A DNA stretch of 64,000 nucleotides from Blastocystis sp. Blastoise (lineage: Eukaryota > Protista > Bigyra: Opalinata), in NCBI GenBank assembly GCA_039096225.1, contig JBBPEB010000018.1:306003-370002 (forward strand), read 5' to 3'. Position 1 is the first letter of the stretch. Each line of letters starts with the position of its first letter. Of the stretch, positions 42,548-58,320 are shown piece by piece. The position numbers were made by a program, and so were the translations under genes. The notes under the pieces are model-generated. The model did not search any database and was not told the origin of the DNA. It saw only the letters and a program-made list of their open reading frames with translations.

Positions 42548-45500
42548 TTTTAGATAGTTTCTTATTGAATTACAAGTTATGGCTGCGTTGTTCGATTTCC
42601 CTCCAAATTTCTGTTTTTAAACGTTTACAAATGGCGTTAGAAGAGGATGCTGCGTCATTCCCAATTTCTCGGTTTACGATGCCAAATCTTCTTACTTATG
42701 TTCATAAACTAGATAATAATGATTCTATTTTATCTTCTCCTCAATTTTCGGAGTTAATATCTTCTATTCTCGCAGTTATTAAACGTCTTTTACCCTTTTC
42801 TATTTCAAAAATTTATGCTGAAAACATAGTATATCTCTCCTTTTCTATCTCTTCTCCTATCCTACAAGCCTCTCTTCTTTCCTTCGTGTCCCTACTTCTC
42901 TATCCATCCGATTATTCTCTCACAGTAGATCAACATGAATATGATTTCCATCAAGTTAAAATCCCTGAATATGCTATTGCTGAATATATATATGCAGCTA
43001 TTCAAACACTTCCTACTTCTATCTCGAATCTTCTTACACCCAAATTACTTGTACCTACTTCTTCTTCTTCTAATAATAATAATAATACTCCTCTTTCTCC
43101 ATCTCCCACTTCTCTATTCATATCTATGATTAATTCTCCTATTACTACTTCTTCTCCTACTACTATTGTCACTCCTGTAACACAAGAATCTTCTAATATA
43201 CTCATTCCCGCGTTTATTTCCCTCGCTGTAGCCTATCTCATCTTTGTACAATATATAAAAGATAAAGGCTATATTATGGATCACGTGGTAGAACTTCTAA
43301 AGAACTTTAATGAAACAGAACCAGGTGTATTATTGAAAGATATTATGGTGAATAGAAATATATCTATGCCTATATATAATGTTCTAATGAATTTATCCTT
43401 TCAAAATGGAGATATTCAAGATACTTATATAAATAATATTATTCCAAGAAATAGTGATATCATTTGTATGACAGGTATAACAACCTTATTTGAGCACGTG
43501 GCTTATTCTACATTTATGGACGTACAGAAACAGTTTGTAACGGATATTAATATCTTAATTAGTTCAAGTGAATCTAATATGAACCAATTAGTCGATGTGA
43601 ATGGATGGGATATTTATTTAATTTATATGATATATAGATATATGAAAACTGGAGATCGATATATGAACAAATATATTTATAAGTATTGTTATTTATATAT
43701 GGATAGTTATATGAAGGAAAAATATGATAATTATATGTTAGAGAAAAAAGAAGAGAAGAAAAAGAGAAATGAAACAGTATTCCATTCTCAAAGTGGAAAC
43801 GATAAAGAGAGTACCCCTCCAACAACCCCCAGAACCCCCACAGGCGTTAAACACAAATATCATTATGAAAGTAATCCATTTGAAAGTGGAAATATATTTG
43901 CTTCCGTTAACGGAAATGAGGGTTTTTCTTCTTTTATGGATGGATCAGAACAAAATCATGAGTTATCTATAAGTCCACGTGATGATCAGGTGGAGATGGA
44001 TCAACAACATGAGAAGATTCGTCAAACAAAAGAAGATATCGATAAAATTATTGACGGTAGTATTGATATTATTACTAAATTAATTTATGAGCTTATTGAT
44101 ATTGATATTAAACGTGCTTGTAAATATATCTATCGAATTATTATTAGTAGTAAACTTGTTACAGGTAGTTATTCTCTTAGCTATCTTATCTTATATAGAG
44201 TATTATATTATATTAAAACGAAGATCAATCAAGATATAGCTATTCAAGAAACTCAATTTCAAGTGTATATATATATATATTTATTTATTAGATTATATAT
44301 TAATAATTAATTTGACAATTGTTTATATAGTATTCATATATATATTTTTGCTCTATATATATATTTTAATTATTTGATATCTACTGTACTTTTTATTTAA
44401 TATTCTTATATCTATTCTTCTTCTTCTTCTTATTATTATTATATATATAGTCCCCTTCGTCTCTATGATTTCCTCTACAATTTCCTTTCAGCATTACCTC
44501 TTCTAGTCAGTCCTTCTCCTCTCTATACACCACCAAGCGTCAAGTCCCGCGGTAAATCGGATTCTATTCCCACGGGAGACGGACTTACTCCTACAACAAC
44601 TCATACTCCAAGTACAAATATATTTGATATGGTGAATATTAAGTTAGAAGGCCTTTCTCTTTATAAATATATTAATAATGAGTTAAATATTAAGGTAGAA
44701 GATATAGAAGAAGAAGAAAAAAGTGTAAAGTCTACAGTTAATTCTATAAATGAATCTATGAACTTACTTGATACTCATGAAGAACTTCCTGATGCTGATA
44801 CCCCTGTTTCCCACGGGGACAAACATTATCCTGAAAATATGTGTTTGTATCGTGCAGAATGTACTTGTGATTCACGTGATTATTCTCCTGTTTCTACTGG
44901 ATTAGAAGGCCATTCCCATGGTATTCCTGTATGTAGTAAATGCCATCATTTACATATGTTATATACTGATTATGATAAAGGTATTGATATTGATATTCAA
45001 GGAGGTATTCTATATACAAATATCATTCATTTATTGGGTCAATTCTATGATGACGTCATTCCGAAGTTCCAAAAGAATAAGGATACAGCCATGTGGCTAG
45101 TAAAGGAGAGAGATACAGGATGCATTTTATTACTTATGATTCGATGTACTCTTTATGAATTGGATGGATGTATGTATATATAGTCAGTATTATTTATAGT
45201 ATATATTATTAAATATATACTATAGTATAGTTATCATTAATTATTATTCTCCGTTATATATACTATATATAGGTGATATTTCTATTCCTTATTTCCCTCA
45301 TTTATTATCTCGTCTACGTCAACAAGTTATGATTTTAACCGCGGGATATAAGCGTAGTAAGAAGGCTGAGAATGCAGGTGTATATATACTTATCGAGTTA
45401 CATAAGATGCTTCAACGTATTCGATACTGTATTGAAGATTATGAAGATAATAATATCCTTTATATATATATATATTTGATAATGGAGTCTTATCTTTATT

Positions 45501-47624
45501 ATATATACATTATTCAGTGTTATATATACTATTGCTAATTTATTATTTTATATAAGATCAGTATATGTGTATATATGTATCAATGGTTTCCTTCATCAAT
45601 TCACAATATTTCCTTACTCAGGCTTCTTCTATAACTGATATTGTAGCTCTCATTGTAGCGAACTTAGTCACAATTCCCGCGGGAGCAGTCTCTTGGTATA
45701 AGAGTCTTCAATCTCGAATAGAGAGTACAAAGAATGACGAGTTCAAAGACACGGATTCTCTTCAATATCATTGGCTATATACGGAGTATATATTATTATT
45801 ATATTTATTATATTTTTATATTTATTATATTTTTATATTTATTATATTTTTATATTTATTATATTTTTATATTTATTATATTTTTATATTTATTATATTT
45901 AGTATATATTATGTTTATATAATACATATTTTCATAATATGCTTTCTTTGATCTATATATATCTATATATATATAATTCCTATAGTGAAATTGAATGTTC
46001 CTTACTGTCAGCGTCTCTTACACCTTATCTTATCGCTTACTCTAAAGACTGTTATCTACTTATAAGAAATATATTCGTATATATATTATATATATTATAT
46101 ATATTATATATATTATGATACTTTTCTTATTCCATGTTCTATATATATATTCTCTTATATACATATATATATAGTCTCAATTACCTGTAGTTACTGAAGA
46201 AATTAAAAAGGAATTAGAAACGAAAAAAGAAATTGATCTTTATCCTGAATCTACCCCTTCTACTACCCAAGATAATAACGAGGATTCCCGCGGGGATGAT
46301 GAGGATGAGGATAGTGAGAGTGAGGATAGTGATGAAGAAGATGATATTGATTATATATATAGAGGTATTAAGCATATTGATAACAGTGATTTTGAAGCTA
46401 ATTTGAATGTTAAAACGAAAGAAGGGCGTGAAGGACTCAATATAGTCACTGATGAAGTTACTAAAAGATATTCTGTGTTTACCAAATTCTTCGATGATTC
46501 TGAATATATATATTTAAGTACATATAAGAATATTCTAAGAGTATATAGTCGAGAAGGATATATATATTGTCACGAGGAGAAACCAGAAGAAGAAACAGCT
46601 CATTGGATCATTGACAACCGTCAGGATTCCTTGGGTCGTACAAATCAATATTTATATAATTATACATATACTGACCATAAAGAGGCTGCTTATAAGGAAG
46701 ACATGGTGACCACTCAAGTTAGTCATGATCATCTATGTATGTATAGTATTATATTATATAATATAATATTAACTATTATATTATATTAACTATAATATTA
46801 TATTATATTAACTGTTATATTAACTATTATATAATCTATTCCATATGAAGAAGAGGGATATTGATACGGATATAAATATTGAAAATAACCGCGAGGATGA
46901 TGATGATAGTTTAGAGTCAAAGAATACATATCATAATTTATATAGATATTTAGATGGATACAAGTATATATAATTATATTATATATACATTATTATTATT
47001 ATTATTTATATAGAGCTACTTTTGATGAAATTCAAATATTATTTAATTATAATCATATTGATGGTATATATATATATATTATATATAATATATATATTTT
47101 ATATCTATTGACCATGTTTAGGAAGAATAATTATTACATCCAAAGATTTGTTCTTTATTCCCGCGGATATTACTCAATGTTTACCTATATACCGTCAAAT
47201 TTCTACGATTAAAGAAATCTTACCTCGTCGTTCTATTGGATCACCAATTGCCCTCGAAATCTTTTTCCTTGGCGGGCAATCTCTCTTTATTATTTTTAAT
47301 AGCAAACAAGAAAGAGGAGAATTCTTTTCATTATTGCATCCTCTTTGTCCTTCAATTATTACTCCCAATTCTCTGGATAATGCTGAAATCTATTCAGTCA
47401 TGCCTTATACAGCTCTTTGGCGCACGCGTCGTATTAGTAACTTTGAGTATCTTATGATGCTAAATAAGTACGGAGGACGAACAGTACAAGATCTTACACA
47501 ATATTATATATTCCCGTGGGTATTGAAGGATTATGAATCAGAAACAATCAATCTCAGAAGTCCAGATGTATATCGTGATCTATCGAAGCCTATTGGTATG
47601 CTTAATGATGATCGATGGAATGAA

Positions 47625-47675
<51 letters not shown>

Positions 47676-47965
47676 TCCATATATATTATAGATTTGCGAT
47701 CGTTATCAGTCGTTAAAGGAAATGTACGATGAGACTAATAAGGATATTAATAATGTTCCGCCATTTATGTATGGTTCCCACTATTCTACGGAAGGAGTCG
47801 TATTATATTATTTATCCAGAGTCGAACCTTTTACTACTGTATATATATATATATATATATATTTGTATTTATATTATGATATATATATATATAGTTAAAT
47901 ATTCAGCTACAAGGAGGTCGATTTGATTGTCCCGAGAGAATTTTCTATAATATCAGAGATGCATT

Positions 47966-47999
<34 letters not shown>

Positions 48000-48346
48000 A
48001 TCATATGTATTATACTATATATATAGGTTGTTTGACTTCTTCTACTGATTTCAAAGAACTTACTCCTGAGTTCTATTATAATAAGGATATTTATATTAAT
48101 AAGAATAATCTACCTCTTGGTATATTACGTCAAGATGACTCCCAGACGGGTACCGCGATTAATGATGTCATTTTACCTCCATATGCTTCTTCTCCCACGG
48201 AATTCGTTAAAATCATGAGAAGAGCTCTTGAATCTGAATTTGTTTCTGAATCTCTTCCATCGTGGATTGATCTTATTTTCGGTTATAAACAACGCGGTCA
48301 AGCTGCTGAAGACGCGGGAAATGTCTATTACTATCTTACTTATGAA

Positions 48347-48384
<38 letters not shown>

Positions 48385-48621
48385 CATATATACATCCTAT
48401 ATATTTAATATATATTTTATATATAGGGAAGTGTAGATATTACTACAATTGAAGATGAAAACTCCCGTGAATCTTTGATCCAGCAGATTCTTCATTATGG
48501 TCAATGCCCCTCTCAACTGTTTACTACCCCTCATGAAGCACGTGATAGAGCCATTCCATCCCTCTCTAAATGGTACATGCATGGAACACAATGTGATGTC
48601 AAAGTCACTACATCTCAAGAA

Positions 48622-48659
<38 letters not shown>

Positions 48660-50231
48660 TAATACTATTTTATTTTTTATATAGATCGGTATTCCTGCAA
48701 TTATTTCCTTGACAAAAGTAGATAACAAAATATATTGTATACATACCAACATGTCCCTCTCTACTGCCCGCGTTGGCTACAAGGCGGGCACATGTTCTCT
48801 TAAAATGGATAAATCTACTCCTATTAAAGATGCTGTATATTCACTTTGTTCATATGCTCGTACAAATAATAAAATTAATATTGAAAAAGATCGTTATAAT
48901 CTTAATAATTGTATATATATTATATATTATATATTATATATTATATATTATATATTATATATTATATATTTTATTTTTATAATACTTTTGTCTATAGCTT
49001 CCATTTGTATTCCTAGTACGGGACCTTTTGGCGGGAAATATTTATATACTTCATTAAATTGGGATAAATCAATTCATATCGTCGATTTAGGAAACTTAAA
49101 CAATTCATTTACATCAATTGCGTTGAATTATATATGTACATGTATTTGTACGGATAGCGAAGGACGTGGAATCTATATAGGTACAGATAAAGGTATATGT
49201 ATTCAAGGATATATAAAAGATGGAGACCGAACAAATCTTCAAGATTTCCCTGGAATTAATAATGTATATATAGAATTATATATAATTGTATATAGTTAAA
49301 TATATATATAGGAATTTGATTATATGCAAGTAGGTAATTCTGGATTTATTGTGAGCAATGTATATATATAATATATATATATTATATAATATATAATATG
49401 TAGGTATTATATGGTCAAAAGGAGAGAATAGTAGATATAGTAGTGAATAGTGACCTTGATATTGTTGCTACTGCAGCTGCAGATGGTATATATATTATAT
49501 ATTATATATTATATATTATATATTATATATTATATATTATATATTATATATTATATATTATATATTATATATTATATATTATATATTATATATTATATAT
49601 TATATATTATATATTATATATTATATATTATATATTATATATTATATATTATATATTATATATTATATATTATATATTATATATTATATATTATATATTA
49701 TATATTATATATTATATATTATATATTATATATTATATATTATATATTATATATTATATATACATGGATATATAAGTATATATAACTATATATATAGGTA
49801 CTGTTTGTTTGTATTCTGCATTAGAATGTAATTATTTAAGAAGAATTAAGAATCCCCGTGGAAATGCTTATGATAAACTTACTTTATCTAAACAAGGTTT
49901 TATTACGTGTTTATCGAAAGAAGAGAATCGTGTTGATATCTATAATATTCACGGGGAATTCATTAGCTCTTATACAAATGAGTATCATATTGTAACGTTA
50001 CAATATACTAATGACGGCCTTTGTGTCATGATAGGAACTGAAATTGGTCATTTTATCTGCTTAGATAATCGTGGTAATGAATTATTCACACGTGATTTCT
50101 CTGTTTATGGTGGAATAACCGCGATTATGGATGATAAGGATATGTTTATGACCTATTTAGGTACAGATAAAGGTAATTTAATCGTATTATTTGATCCCCT
50201 TTCTGCAGAAGTATTTAAATATACACTTTAA
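39627..50231 (+). CDS. BEACH domain protein (neurobeachin/LRBA-like: ConA-like, PH, BEACH, WD40), about 29 exons
   Basis: [71 protein letters not shown] and GQCPSQLF, followed by WD40-like C-terminus. Confidence 0.92.
41393..41480 (+). repeat. Intron composed essentially only of (TA)n between GT and AG
   Basis: 88-nt GTATAT...ATATAG; the flanking exons are in frame. Confidence 0.9.
45453..45556 (+). other. Probable U12-type intron (ATATCCTTT...AG) in the BEACH gene
   Basis: Perfect U12 donor with an in-frame join to AG at 45556. The branch site is weak and a same-phase GT donor exists at 45429. Confidence 0.5.
49487..49760. repeat. Heptamer minisatellite (ATATATT)n in a BEACH intron
   Basis: Perfect 7-bp unit array. 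Confidence 0.95.
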
Positions 50232-50906
50232 TCTCTATACACTTTTTATGTTGAATTACTTCTATATGAGAATCAAGAAGACTTTTTCTTAATAATTATA
50301 TTGTTATACTTCTCTTATCTTCATCTTTTTCTTCATTAACTATTTCTCATATATATATATATATATATTCATTTATTTTACTTATACAAACTATATTCAG
50401 ATTTATATTCTTTTAAAAGACTTTTTTATAAATACTATTATTTATATATAATTATGTCAATATTACACGTTTTTAATTTAGATTAGTTTTTTCAAACATT
50501 AGCCATTTTTATAAATATTTTTTTGTAACTATAATAGTTCTTTTTGCTACTTTTAATAGTAGATTCTTATATATACTTTTGATTTCTTTTTTTATATTTA
50601 CTGTAGTTCTATATATTTTTTCATTATACACTAACTCTAGTTTTTATAAATTAGTCATTTGTAATTCTCTTTTTCTTTCATTTATTTTTAAAATTTACAG
50701 TCGTTCCAATAAATGTTTTGTTTCATTTATTTCTTTATTAAAAAAGAAAATATATATTGGTCTTATAAGAAAAAACAACTAAAGAATTTAAATAGATTCT
50801 TGCAAAGATTAAATAAAAATGATATATATATATATATATGTATAGAAGAGAATAGTAAATAAAAATAGAATCAATAAATAGTAAAATGAGAGAATTTGAA
50901 TAGAGT

Positions 50907-51956
50907 TTAAATGGATTCAGCATCACTCCATTGATCATTCTTCATACTTTCAAAGGGGCTATGATATCTATTCAACCATTTATCTTGATAAGGTCTATCA
51001 TATTTCCACATTAAACGAGCATGGTAAGGACCACGCTATATAGATTTTATTATTATTTTGTTATATATATAGTTATAAAGAAAAATAATAATAAAATAAT
51101 AAAATAATAAAATAATAATAATAATAATAATAAAATAAAATAATAATAAAATAATAAAATAACAATAATAAATAATAATATATACAGCTTTCATTTCAGT
51201 TACAACGGATCTTCTTAATACTTTATCCCCAAATACCTTATATACATAAGGAGAAGTAGGAGTAGGAGTCTCAATCTCATATTTATAAGCTATAGATAGA
51301 ATTATAATAGTCATATATATATTCATAAGAAGCTTAAAAATAATAGATATTAAAAAAAAATAAAATAATTAAAAAAAAAATAAAATTAAAATATAAACAA
51401 ACATAAAAAATACAACTTCTTCTATGCTTACCATATCTGTTACAGAAGGTGACAGCATTTTCAAGAGAAGTAAATTGAAGTTGATCGGCAGCATATATAT
51501 CTCCAGAAGCATAATTACCCATAATGCTTTCAGTAAAAGAATTGGTATTATCCATTTCCCATTTAATATACCAAGGCTTAGAATGTCTTCCAGAAGGTTG
51601 CTGACTTTCATCATATTTATAAATGATAGCCTATAAAAAATAATCATAAAAATATAAAATTTGTGTAATTGTGTTTAATTCAATAAGAATAGAACAAAGA
51701 GAAATACCTTTCTATTCTGATAAGAAGGATTGTAATTCTTTCCAGCTTGGTAATCTACATAATCACGTCTCTTTTCAAAATCGAATTTGGAACATTCAGG
51801 ATCCACAATATCATTATGAGATTTAATAATAGGAGTATTATCTACATCTGGAGGTGGAGGTGGAGGAGGAGCCTTAGCACCTTTAGGAGCTTCAGCGAAA
51901 GATCTGAAGAATGTAGGTTTACAAACAGAAATAACTCTGAAAGAACGAGCTAACAT
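50907..51956 (-). CDS. NDUFS4: Complex I subunit NDUFS4 (18 kDa) with organellar presequence, 4 exons
   Basis: Arg/Ser-rich presequence; 'QQPSGRHSKPWYIKW...SIMGNYASGD....LQFTSLENAVTFCNRY.YKYEI' matches the NDUFS4 pattern (Q.G....W...W..PLMGW.S.D...L.F.S.E.A..F). Confidence 0.75.
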
Positions 51957-52762
51957 TTATTTCCCTTTATATCAATAAATGATAAATCATAGAAAATCAG
52001 TATTAAACAAGATAAGAGAATAATCGTGATTATTGAGAAAGAATCAATCAGGTGACTTTATGTACGATGTCTCTAAGAAAAGAGCGATTCGGTCATTTTA
52101 TTGGAGTATACAATCGCTATGAAATACTATTCAAATAATGCTCAGTTTTATTTGATATTCTATAAAATATACTAGATGATTCGTCCAAACAATGTACAGA
52201 AAAGAATGGTTGGCTGCTCAATTTCCTTGGGAATTTCTTTTGTATCATTTGTTCACATTTGTTTATTCATTAATTTAGACCACGAAAATGTGTGGAGTTA
52301 CTTAAGGTATGTAGATTTCATTTTCAATATGAGTTAGCATTTAATTATTGAGCATTTTGGATTCAATTGAGAATTGTCTTGAACAATTAAATGTGGTGAT
52401 TATTAGTATTATAATAATTAAGTGTAACATTATATACATATTGTTAAAGAATTGGGTGTTTTTATATATGATTAATTCATTAAAAATGAATTATTGAAAA
52501 AGGAAATAACGGTAAAGGGTTAAATTCTAGAAGAAAAAAAAAATGGAAAATTGAATACGAGTAAAAAAATGAAAATAATGAAAAATGTGATCAAACGAAT
52601 AAATTCGTTTTTAGATCAAGAAGAATGTTTGCATTTGGAAGTATTAGTGACCAATCATCTCTTCTTGTTTTTGTGTTGATTTTATTTTATGAACACGATA
52701 TTTTTCATATTTTATTTTAAATTATAATATTAAAAAGTTATTAAAAGCTGTTTATAAAAAGA

Positions 52763-53959
<1,197 letters not shown>

Positions 53960-54164
53960 AAATGTTATATGAATAATTTATTTATTCATAATTTAGTTTA
54001 GAGTTAAAAATATATGTTTTATAAATATTACAAAATAATGATTTTTGTTATATATTTAGTATAAACTACTTATATATATTATTCAATACGTAAACAAAAC
54101 AAGTGAACATATGAAGTAAATAATGGATATAACTTTCTATACTGAAACATAGAGATTATATAAA

Positions 54165-54625
54165 TTATTCAAGAGGAACAACACACCAATCACGAATTTC
54201 ATAAGATGTAACAAGACCATTTTGATAATCTAAAATAAAAGATATATTCATATATATAGAAAACACATATAAATGTATATATATATATTAATATAAAACG
54301 AGTGAATTCAACTTTATAAAGCACTTATATATATACAAGGATCTCTCTTTACAAATTCATGAATTTCATCCTTAGATTTACACTTGAAAGCAAAACAAGC
54401 ACCATCAGGAGGATTAGCATAAGCGCCAACCATTTGGCATTTACCTTCAGCATGAGAAGACTTAGCATTAGCTAAATGGCCAGGTCTGAAGGGACCTCTC
54501 TTTTCAAGTATACCTGGAACATACTTGTAGAATAATAAGTACCAGCTTTCAGGAGCGGCAGATGCTAAAGCACGTGTGAAAGAAGGATTACAAAGAGTAC
54601 GGGCAGTGTTAGTTAATGTATTCAT
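54165..54625 (-). CDS. YciI-like protein with putative organellar presequence, 2 exons
   Basis: YLLFYKY...LEKRGPFRPGHL, GAYANPPDGA and FVKRDP|YYQNGLVTSYEIRDW; N-terminus MNTLTNTARTL...TRALAS. Confidence 0.85.
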
Positions 54626-54898
54626 GGTTTTGACAACGGTATCAAAAAGCAAACAAACAAAAGAATAATGAAAAAACAAACAAATAAACATAGAGACATC
54701 TTCAAGATCTCTATTTCTCTTTTTCTTTCTCTGTTCAATCTTCAATATCGGCTAAATAACGTGATCCCGTGGAATTTCTTGAACTTAATCTGAAACAAAG
54801 AAAATAATCTTGATTCCAAAAACTTTCTTTTTTTCTTTTTCTTTTTTTAATATATTCTATTCTCTCTATTTCATTCTTACTAATAAAAATAAAATAAA

Positions 54899-55099
54899 AT
54901 GAATCCTGCTATGATGGGTCTTGGAATGGGTGCTCCTCAACCAGAAGATAAATCTTTTATGGGAAAAGTGAAGAAAGCCTTCTCTGCCGTTTTTCATTTC
55001 AGTCTTAAAGTTACATATTACTGCTTATTCCCTGCTGTAATTTATATGGGAATGGGAAAGAAATCTATCGCAGATTATATATCTGTGTTGTATGTCTAA
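54899..55099 (+). CDS. Tom7-like small outer-membrane import subunit
   Basis: 66 aa; basic segment then a TM 'KVTYYCLFPAVIYMGM' resembling Tom7 'K..HWGFIPLVIYLG'. The 3' end is uncertain. Confidence 0.55.
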   Translation: MNPAMMGLGMGAPQPEDKSFMGKVKKAFSAVFHFSLKVTYYCLFPAVIYMGMGKKSIADYISVLYV

Positions 55100-55404
55100 A
55101 TTATATATCTCTGGATATGTTATAAAACATGTTTTTAGCAATTTTATTCTCTTTAATTTTTCTAAAATTTCGATATCTTTTGTTTACATATGTAATATGG
55201 GGCTTTTTATTCAATTATTCTGTTATATATTAATATTGATAGTTTGCATGTAGTTTTGAATTATATTAAACTTAATTAAAACCTGTTGATACAATAGTTT
55301 GAATAGAATTGATAAACTGCTTGAAACATTTTATATATTAAAAAAATAAAATGAAGAAATAATACAGAATAATAATAGAATAAAAATATTTAATAAATAT
55401 GTTA

Positions 55405-56912
55405 TTATTCATCCATAGAGAAATCAAATATTTGACCATCATATGCACATTCTACATTGTGAAATCCCATCTATATACATAATAATATATAAATAATATA
55501 TAATAATATATAATATATATAAATAGCATATAATATAATAATATATAAATAAAATATAATAAAATATAATAAAATATAATAATATATAATAATATATAAT
55601 AATATATAATAATATATAAATAGTATATATATATTATATAATAATATATAAATAAAATATAATAATATATAAATAATATATAATACATATAATACATATA
55701 TAATGCAATAAAGATATAATAATATAAATACATCTTGTAATTGTTGATTAAATTCATTGTGATCTGCCATATGCGTCATTCCAACAAGATATACTTGTTT
55801 TGGTGGTTGCTCTACATGGCAATGATTTAAGAAGAAACCTTCTAATTGAGACATAGAAACATGAGAAGGGTGCACTTTATTCTTAGGATATATACAATCT
55901 AATATTAACTATATATATATAGATGTATAAAGAGAGAAAAACAAATAAATAATGAAATCAATCTAGAAAAGATATTTTTAAAGAATTATGTACAATATCT
56001 GAGTTATTAATATATTTTAGACAAGTATCATTAATAGAAGAAACATCAGAAATATAACATAATTTCCCAATACGAAAAGCAGTACATTCACAACCACCGT
56101 GAGGAACAAAAAAGGCTAAAATAGATAGAGATATATATTTAAAAATTTTTAAAAAGAAATAAATAAATAATAAATAAATAATAAATAAATAAAATAAATA
56201 AATAAAATAAATAATAAATAAATAATAAATAAATAATAAATAAATAAATAAATATTTCTATATAATAAAGAATTTACATACGATGAAGTGTAATATCTTT
56301 AATAGTGAAAGGAACTTCATTCTCAATTGTTTTAAAAAATAAATCGGGAACACCTCCATTTAGAACATTATCCTTTTGTTTAAAAATATAGGGAAATGAA
56401 TTTGTCATTACTGTTTGAGTCTTTGCGTTGGCATAAATGGGTAATTCTCTCTTAATAATACGTTTTGTTACATCTCGAAGATTATCTACACCTCCTATAG
56501 CATCAGCATGTTCATGCGAAATCACAAATGCATCAATATCACGAATATTATTCTTTGGTAATACTTCTAAAGCACTATCCCACCATAATTTACCACAGTA
56601 TATGAATTAAAGAATATACAATCAATATAAATATCTATATATTCATTTAAAAAGATATTCGATAAGAATAAATAGAAAAACAATTAATAAAACGAGAATT
56701 AACAATGAAACAAATCATTTTCAACAGGATATATCTATAATAATATTTGTATTCTTATAAGAAATAGCAACAGAGATGTTTCGTCGTCTATTCTTTGATC
56801 CAGGAATCATAGCATCTTTACATACCTTACAATCACCAAATAAACAAGACAAAATAGGTATTCCTTCACTAGTACCAGTACCTATAAACAAACATTTTGC
56901 TAATGAAGACAT
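55405..56912 (-). CDS. PhnP-like metallo-beta-lactamase-fold hydrolase, 5 exons
   Basis: FIGTGTSEGIP, CKVC, NRRRNIS, IID|CGK, SHEHADAIGG, VPHG, YISD and AYDG. Confidence 0.9.
56598..56732 (-). other. U12-type AT-AC intron in the PhnP-like gene
   Basis: Donor ATATCCTG; branch TTCTTTAAT 8 nt from the 3' end; restores the conserved IDCGK. Confidence 0.88.
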
Positions 56913-57779
56913 ACTATCGCTTTCTTTAAAAAAAAACAAACAAATTCTTTTTGAAAGAGAAATAACATGATTTTTCGTTCTCTTTATGATGACAAATGAT
57001 TATCAGAAACTCTCAACGAATATCTGTCAAACGCGTATCGTTTTTTTCTCAAACGCGTATTTTTATGTTTTTGTGTATATTTTGTTTTTGGTTGAACTCA
57101 GTTGATATTTATTTTTTTTAAATAATTTTTTGCATAAACTCTTTTCTAATCTATCAGAGACTACTTCATAAATATGAAGTGTATACACATAATACACAAT
57201 GAAAAATCAGTACACAAAGTTGCTCGTCTTATTTTATAGTACCAACTTTTTTAATGACAAGAGCGACTTATTAAAAAGAGTTAATCTAAAAAATATATAA
57301 GAATATATTTATCTTCAAGAATATACAAATAATTTTCACTCAAATGAGTTTGAGCAAGTATCACTTGAATAATGTTCTTTCAAAATTAGTCTATTACAAC
57401 ATAAATGAGGTCTATATCGTCTGCAATTATTGTTAACGTATCTATCTTAAAAATTAGTAATATTTTATCAATAATTTAGTGCTAATCACTGGTAGGCATT
57501 TTCACGGATATCAAAAAAGCGACAAATTCGAAAAAGTAAACAAAAAATTTTAAGACACTTTTCAGTCATAGCGAATAGAGTGGCCAAAAAATAGACTAAT
57601 TTTGTCGGGTATGTTGTTTGTTTTCATTCGTTCAGAATTCTTTTAGAAACGTCATTTTTTATTTATTTATCGTTGTGTGAATGATAATAAAAATATATAT
57701 AACAAAAGACAATAGATAATAATAAAAAAATAATAACAATAATAAAGAAAATAAAATAATAATTATTTATAATATTTTT

Positions 57780-58320
57780 GAGTAATTTGATATCATTTTG
57801 GATCACTTTATATACATAAATGATAGAAATGATAATAATATAGATAACATATAAATATATACCTTTATATATCACTTGTAGAATACCCCTTGAAGAAAAA
57901 CCACAACTATAAAAATATAATTTATAAAAATAAATATATTATAATAATATACCTTCAACCACCAAACAGACTAGACCAAGAGAAACCTCATGAAGGACCT
58001 AGAACCTATATAAAAATAAAAGTAGTTAATTTTAAAAAAATAAAATATAATAAAATACCTTCAAAACCAGGGAGTTGTTAACCAAGGAGACCGACAACAA
58101 CACCTGAACCTATAGAAGATGATAATAATAATAACAAAGAGAATGCTAAAAATATATACCTTTAATAGCACAAGATTTCTAGTTACATAGACCCCACAAC
58201 TCATTGTTTAACTTTAAAGAAGAAGACCAATTAGGACCTATTTGAATCTATTTGGATAGATCATGAAGACTATAAAGTTTAAGGCAAATAAAAAATATTA
58301 TATACATCTTATAATATATA
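57780..58320 (-). ncRNA. Putative spliced, structured non-coding RNA (five GT-AG introns, no convincing ORF)
   Basis: GC-richer blocks at 58160-58269, 58059-58109, 57953-58005 and 57863-57906, each bounded by GTAT../..TAG(AAG) splice signals. The spliced product has stops in all frames. Confidence 0.55.

Noticed and set aside
46700-46860. Apparent phase mismatch at a BEACH junction
   Set aside because: It is resolved by the phase-0 donor GTTAGT at 46718 joined to the AG ending at 46850.
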